DNA from: Patescibacteria group bacterium
GTDB lineage: Bacteria; Patescibacteriota; Patescibacteriia; 2-12-FULL-57-11
Reading direction: 5' to 3'
NCBI GenBank assembly: GCA_004297205.1
Contig: SCUL01000002.1
Span: 786,893 to 850,892, forward strand
DNA length: 64,000 nucleotides
Each line of letters opens with the position of its first letter. Position 1 is the first letter of the stretch. Shown here piece after piece: positions 58,171 through 64,000 of the stretch. The position numbers and the translations under genes are program-made. The notes below the pieces were generated by a model. That model was not told the DNA's origin. It made no database searches and saw only the letters and a list, made by a program, of their open reading frames with translations.

Positions 58171-59343
58171 ATGAAGCTGAAGTCCTTGCGTACCGTGAAG
58201 ATCCGCAAAGGCATGCGCGTCCTGCTGCGCGCCGACTTCAACGTGGCGGTCGAGGGCGGCCGCATCCGCGACGACTGGCGGATGACGCGGACCATCCCGA
58301 CGATTGCGCGCCTGCTGCGCCAGGGCGCGCGGCTCGTGGTGCTCTCGCATCTTGGTCGGCCGGAGGGGAAGCGGGTGGCGTCCGCCTCGCTCGCGCCCGT
58401 GGCCCGGCATCTGAGCGAGTTGCTGCGCACGCCGGTGGCCTTCTCCCGCGATTGCGTCGGTCCCGCCGCCGCCCGCATCGTGGCCGCGCTCGGTCCGGGG
58501 CAGGTCGCGCTCCTGGAGAACCTGCGGTTCCATACGGAAGAGGAGAAGAACGGCGCAGCTTTCTCCAAGGCGCTCGCCGCGCACGGCGACCTCTTCGTGA
58601 ATGATGCCTTCTCCGCGTCGCATCGCGCCCACGCCTCGATCATCGGCATCCCGCGGCATCTGCCGTCCGTGGCCGGTCTGCTTTTGGAAGAGGAAGTCGA
58701 GCAACTTTCCGTCCTGCTCGGAAAACCGAAGCGCCCCTTCGTGGTGCTCATGGGCGGCGCCAAGATCGACACCAAAATCGGCGTCATGAAGGCGCTTCTC
58801 GCGCACTGCGACCGGATGTTCGTCGGCGGCGCGTTGTCCGTGACGTTGCTGGCCGCCACGGGGAAGCCGAGCGGAAAAACCAAACCGTCGCGCGCCGAGC
58901 TTGCCGTGGCCAAGCGCCTGGTGCGCAACCGCAAACTGCGTCTGCCGCTCGACGTCGTCGTGGCTTCCGGACCGAACGGGCAGCCGCACGTGCGCGCGGT
59001 GGATGAGATCGGCGCCCGGGAAACGGTCTACGACATCGGGCCGCAGACCATCCGCGCCTTCGCCGCAGGGATCCGCGCCGCAAAAACGGTCGTCTGGAAC
59101 GGACCGATGGGCTTGTTCGAGAAAAAACCGTTTTCGCACGGGACGCTGGCGCTCGGCCGCTTCGTCGCCGTCCGTTCCGGCGGCCGAGCCTACGGCGTGG
59201 TCGGCGGCGGCGAAACCATCGAGGCGCTCCACCGCACCAAGATGGCCGAGCACGTCGACTGGGTGTCGACCGGCGGGGGAGCGATGCTCGAGTTCCTGGA
59301 AAAGAAAACGCTCCCCGGCCTGAAGCCGCTCAGGAAAGCGTAA
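58171..59343 (+). CDS. pgk: Phosphoglycerate kinase
   Basis: RADFNV, SHLGRP, LENLRF, NDAF..SHRAHAS, GGAK, DIGP, WNGPMG, STGGGA. Confidence 0.97.
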   Translation: MKLKSLRTVKIRKGMRVLLRADFNVAVEGGRIRDDWRMTRTIPTIARLLRQGARLVVLSHLGRPEGKRVASASLAPVARHLSELLRTPVAFSRDCVGPAAARIVAALGPGQVALLENLRFHTEEEKNGAAFSKALAAHGDLFVNDAFSASHRAHASIIGIPRHLPSVAGLLLEEEVEQLSVLLGKPKRPFVVLMGGAKIDTKIGVMKALLAHCDRMFVGGALSVTLLAATGKPSGKTKPSRAELAVAKRLVRNRKLRLPLDVVVASGPNGQPHVRAVDEIGARETVYDIGPQTIRAFAAGIRAAKTVVWNGPMGLFEKKPFSHGTLALGRFVAVRSGGRAYGVVGGGETIEALHRTKMAEHVDWVSTGGGAMLEFLEKKTLPGLKPLRKA

Positions 59344-59364
59344 TTCCCTCAACGAACACCGCGT

Positions 59365-59607
59365 ATGGAACAGCAACAGACGGCAGCCGAGAAACGGTCG
59401 CTCCGGCGCGAGATGGTCGAGCGCATGTCGGAGCTTTCCGCGACCGGGTTCGGGCTCGTTGCGGCGCTCGCCTGGAACGACGCCATCCAGCAACTGTTCA
59501 AAGAGCTTTTCGGCACCGCGTCAACGGTGGCTGCGAAATTCTTCTACGCCGTCGGCATCACCATCGTGGTCGTTCTTATTACGCGTTATCTCGTCATAAA
59601 AAAGTAA
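59365..59607 (+). CDS. DUF5654-like small membrane protein
   Basis: FGLVAALAWNDAI and YA..IT motifs. Confidence 0.75.
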   Translation: MEQQQTAAEKRSLRREMVERMSELSATGFGLVAALAWNDAIQQLFKELFGTASTVAAKFFYAVGITIVVVLITRYLVIKK

Positions 59608-59620
59608 CCCCAGGAGGATT

Positions 59621-60412
59621 ATGTTCTTCAAGAAAGGCGGCATGAAAAACGGTTCGTCGGAGTTCCACAGCTGGTGCGCCCCGCTCTATGTGCTGGCAGG
59701 TTTCCTCCTGCTGGCCTTGGTTTTCTTCGTGAGCGTGAAGACCAACCAGGCGTATGAAGAAACTAAGCGCATCGGCCGTGCGGACGTGCCGCAGCCGACC
59801 ATCGCCATCAACGGCGAGGGGAGGGTGACCGCGGTGCCGGACGTGGCCCGCATCTCGGTCGGTTTGATCACGGAAGGCCGCGACATCGCGACCATCCAGC
59901 GCCAGAACACGGAGAAGATGAACAACCTGATCGCCGCGGTGAAAACGCTCGGCGTCGCCGACAAGGACATCCAGACCACGAACTACAGCATCTATCCGAA
60001 GTACGACTACACGGACGGCCGCAGCATCCTCTCCGGCTACACCGTGAACCAGAACGCCACGGTCAAAGTGCGCGATCTGAGCAAGGTCGGCGCGATCTTC
60101 GCCAAGGTCGGTGAAATCGGCGCCAACCAGGTCAGCGGTCCGGACTTCACCATCGACGACCCCACGGCGCTGCGCGACCAGGCCCGGCTCGACGCCATCG
60201 CCGACGCGCAGATGAAGGCCGAAGCGCTGGCCCGTTCGCTCGGGGTGCGGCTCGGCCGCGTGGTCGGCTTCAGCGAATCCGGCAGCGGCGCGCCGGTTCC
60301 GTTCTACGATCTCGCCCGCGGCCTGGGCGGCGCCGAATCCGCTCCGCCGAAGATCGAAGCCGGCGAATTGGACATCACCTCGGACGTCTCGCTGGTCTTC
60401 GAAATTCTCTAA
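59621..60412 (+). CDS. SIMPL/DUF541 domain protein
   Basis: GEG.V..VPD.A, DIQT.NYSIYP.Y, GANQVSG, AIADA..KA..LA, GE. Confidence 0.88.
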   Translation: MFFKKGGMKNGSSEFHSWCAPLYVLAGFLLLALVFFVSVKTNQAYEETKRIGRADVPQPTIAINGEGRVTAVPDVARISVGLITEGRDIATIQRQNTEKMNNLIAAVKTLGVADKDIQTTNYSIYPKYDYTDGRSILSGYTVNQNATVKVRDLSKVGAIFAKVGEIGANQVSGPDFTIDDPTALRDQARLDAIADAQMKAEALARSLGVRLGRVVGFSESGSGAPVPFYDLARGLGGAESAPPKIEAGELDITSDVSLVFEIL

Positions 60413-61675
<1,263 letters not shown>

Positions 61676-61756
61676 ACAACACAGCAAAAACCGCGGCTCC
61701 GGTCGCGGTTTTGGCTTGTCCTGCCCCGCGCCGCTGTGCCACAATGCGCAGCGACT

Positions 61757-63340
61757 ATGGCTGAAGGAAACAGACCCCGTCCGGTTGTTCTGATGGTCCT
61801 CGATGGCTGGGGCGTTGCGCCGCCGTCTCCCGGCAACGCCCTCAAAGTGGCGTCGACGCCGGTCATGGACCATCTCATCAAGACGTACCCGGCCATGACG
61901 CTGCAGGCCTCCTCCAGCGAGGTCGGTCTTTCCTGGGGCGAGATGGGCAACTCCGAAGTCGGCCATCTGAACATCGGCGCCGGCCGCGTGTATTATCAGA
62001 CCCTGCCGCGCATCAACAAGGACATCGACGACGGTTCGTTTCAGAAGAACCCGGTGTTTCTGGCTGCCGCGGAACACGTCAAAAAAACCGGCGGCACGCT
62101 CCACCTCGTGGGCCTCACCTCCGCCGGCGGCGTGCACAGTTCGCTCGGTCATCTGCACGCTCTCCTCGAGTTCTGCGCCAAGCGGAAAGTGAATCCCGTG
62201 CTCCATGCCATCCTCGACGGCCGCGATACGACGTTCAACGCCGGCATCGACTTCGTGCGCCAGACGCTCGACAAGATGAAGCAACTCAAGATCGGCAAGA
62301 TCGCCTCGCTCAGCGGCCGTTTCTACGCCATGGACCGCGACAACCGCTGGGACCGCACCGAGAAGGCGTATCGCGCCATGGCCGAGGGCACGGCCGACGC
62401 CACGACCGACGATCCCATCAAAGCGATCGAGGCGTCGTACGCCGGCAAGGTCTACGACGAAGAATTCATTCCGACGGTCGTGACCTCGCGCGGCAAGCCG
62501 GTGACCACGTTCAAGGAGGGCGACGCCGTGCTGTTCTTCAACTTCCGTCCGGACCGCGCCCGCCAGCTGACGCAGGCCTACGTGCTGCCGTCGTTCGCCA
62601 AATTCGAACGTGTCTTTCCGAAGGACGCCTTCTTTGCAACCATGACGGAATACGAAAAAGACCTGCCGGTGCAGGTGGCCTACCCGCCCGACATCATCCG
62701 CAACCCGCTCGCCAAAGTCGTGTCCGATGCGGGACTCAAACAGTTGCACATCGCCGAGACGGAAAAGTACGCCCACGTCACGTTCTTCCTGAACGGAACG
62801 ATCGAAGAACCGTTTTCGGGCGAAGACCGCGTCATCATCCCGTCGCCGCGCGTTTCCTCCTACGACCAGAAGCCGGAGATGTCCGCGGCCGAGATCGCCG
62901 CGCGCGTCGTCAAGGAGATCGGTTCGGACACGTACGACATCATCATGTTGAATTTCGCCAATGCCGACATGGTCGGCCACACCGGCAACCTGGACGCGAC
63001 GAAAAAGGGCGCGGAGGCGGTCGACGCCGCGGTCGGCAAGATCGTCGAGGCGGCGCTCGCCAAGGACGGCGCCGTCTTCATCACCGCCGACCACGGCAAC
63101 GCGGAAGAAGTCGCGAATCTCCAGACCGGCGCGATCGACAAGGAGCATTCCACGAACCCGGTGCCGTTTCTCGTCGTCGGCCGCCAGTGGGAAGGGCAGA
63201 CCGGCGGCGTGGCCGAGGCGGTGGGCGGCGATCTGTCGCTGGTGCCGCCGGTGGGCATGCTGGCCGACGTGACGCCCACGATTTTGGCGGTGATGGGCAT
63301 TTCGCAGCCGGCTGACATGACGGGGAGGCCTTTGATCTGA
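61757..63340 (+). CDS. gpmI: 2,3-bisphosphoglycerate-independent phosphoglycerate mutase
   Basis: LDGWG, GNSEVGH, DGRD, AMDRD.RW, AETEKYAHVT, NADMVGHTG, ADHGN. Confidence 0.97.
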   Translation: MAEGNRPRPVVLMVLDGWGVAPPSPGNALKVASTPVMDHLIKTYPAMTLQASSSEVGLSWGEMGNSEVGHLNIGAGRVYYQTLPRINKDIDDGSFQKNPVFLAAAEHVKKTGGTLHLVGLTSAGGVHSSLGHLHALLEFCAKRKVNPVLHAILDGRDTTFNAGIDFVRQTLDKMKQLKIGKIASLSGRFYAMDRDNRWDRTEKAYRAMAEGTADATTDDPIKAIEASYAGKVYDEEFIPTVVTSRGKPVTTFKEGDAVLFFNFRPDRARQLTQAYVLPSFAKFERVFPKDAFFATMTEYEKDLPVQVAYPPDIIRNPLAKVVSDAGLKQLHIAETEKYAHVTFFLNGTIEEPFSGEDRVIIPSPRVSSYDQKPEMSAAEIAARVVKEIGSDTYDIIMLNFANADMVGHTGNLDATKKGAEAVDAAVGKIVEAALAKDGAVFITADHGNAEEVANLQTGAIDKEHSTNPVPFLVVGRQWEGQTGGVAEAVGGDLSLVPPVGMLADVTPTILAVMGISQPADMTGRPLI

Positions 63341-63343
63341 GCT

Positions 63344-64000
63344 GTGCCCGAACTTCCTGAAGTCGAAACCGTGGCCCGCCAACTTGCGCGGGCCATTGTC
63401 GGAAAAACGGTGGCGCGCGTCGTCGTGTTCGCGCCGAAAAGCGTGCGCGGCCGCCCTCTTACGCCGCTCGTCGGCCGCGCCGTCACCGGCGTCGACCGTC
63501 GCGCCAAGCTCATCCGCATCGCCTGCGGGGAGTGGACGCTCCTGGTGCATCTCAAAATGACCGGTCGCCTGCTGCGCCTGCCCGCCGGCCATCCGACCGG
63601 TCCCTACACGCGCGCCGTCTTCACCTTCACGGACGGCACGCAGCTCTTTTTCGACGACATCCGCCGTTTCGGCTACCTGATGCTTTTACCGTCCGCGGAT
63701 GCCGAGGCGCATTTCGTCCGCGAAGGATACGGTCCGGAGCCGCTGGCTCCCGACTTCGATGCGAACGCGCTCGCGGCCTGTCTGGCGCGGCGGCCGCGGG
63801 CCCGCATCAAAGCCGCGCTGCTGGACCAGACCTGCATTGCCGGCATCGGCAACATTTATGCGGATGAAACGCTGTTCGCGGCCGGCATCCGACCGACGCG
63901 CCCGGCCGGACGCATCACCCGCGCCGAGCGTGCCGCCCTGTGGACAGCCATCCGCGACATCCTGACCCGATCCATCGCCGCGCGCGGTTCCTCGTCCGTG
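63344..64000 (+). CDS. mutM: Formamidopyrimidine-DNA glycosylase (5' part; runs off window)
   Basis: Manual translation from GTG: PELPEVET, RRAK, HLKMTG, DIRRFG, GPEPL, LLDQ..IAGIGNIYADE. Confidence 0.95.
   Translation, partial: MPELPEVETVARQLARAIVGKTVARVVVFAPKSVRGRPLTPLVGRAVTGVDRRAKLIRIACGEWTLLVHLKMTGRLLRLPAGHPTGPYTRAVFTFTDGTQLFFDDIRRFGYLMLLPSADAEAHFVREGYGPEPLAPDFDANALAACLARRPRARIKAALLDQTCIAGIGNIYADETLFAAGIRPTRPAGRITRAERAALWTAIRDILTRSIAARGSSSV

Overview
GC-rich bacterial chromosome segment whose gene set and organisation point to a Patescibacteria/CPR genome (Uhrbacteria-like; inferred from short ThrS and EF-Ts, baseplate-J-like, DUF3048 and DUF5654 genes, and Shine-Dalgarno (SD)-less core genes). 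Core genes: clpC (partial), lemA, PMM/PGM, a MurL-MurD fusion, rseP, pheS/T, dnaE, thrS, miaA, gatB, a dCMP deaminase-kinase-dut-tmk cluster, secE-nusG-rplK-(insert)-rplA, gyrB, rodA, rplY, rpmE-prfA-prmC, queA, pyrB/D/C, rpsB-tsf, gap-ndh-pgk-eno-gpmI, mutM (partial). No rRNA, tRNA, CRISPR array, transposase or integrase was found. Most notable observations: (1) a probable orphan target of a diversity-generating retroelement (DGR) followed by a 15-nt-period CCTTGG repeat; (2) a synonymously recoded duplicate of the gyrB 3' end, resembling an integration scar; (3) two paralogous PP2C-fold pseudo-phosphatases with large helical insertions; (4) a cysteine-synthase-like protein with Tyr in place of the PLP lysine; (5) an in-frame 81-nt palindromic insert in prmC; (6) two contrasting expression grammars, near-leaderless core genes versus solitary accessory genes with their own TTGAC-17-TA promoter and strong SD. 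All family assignments come from motif recognition by eye; no database search was run.
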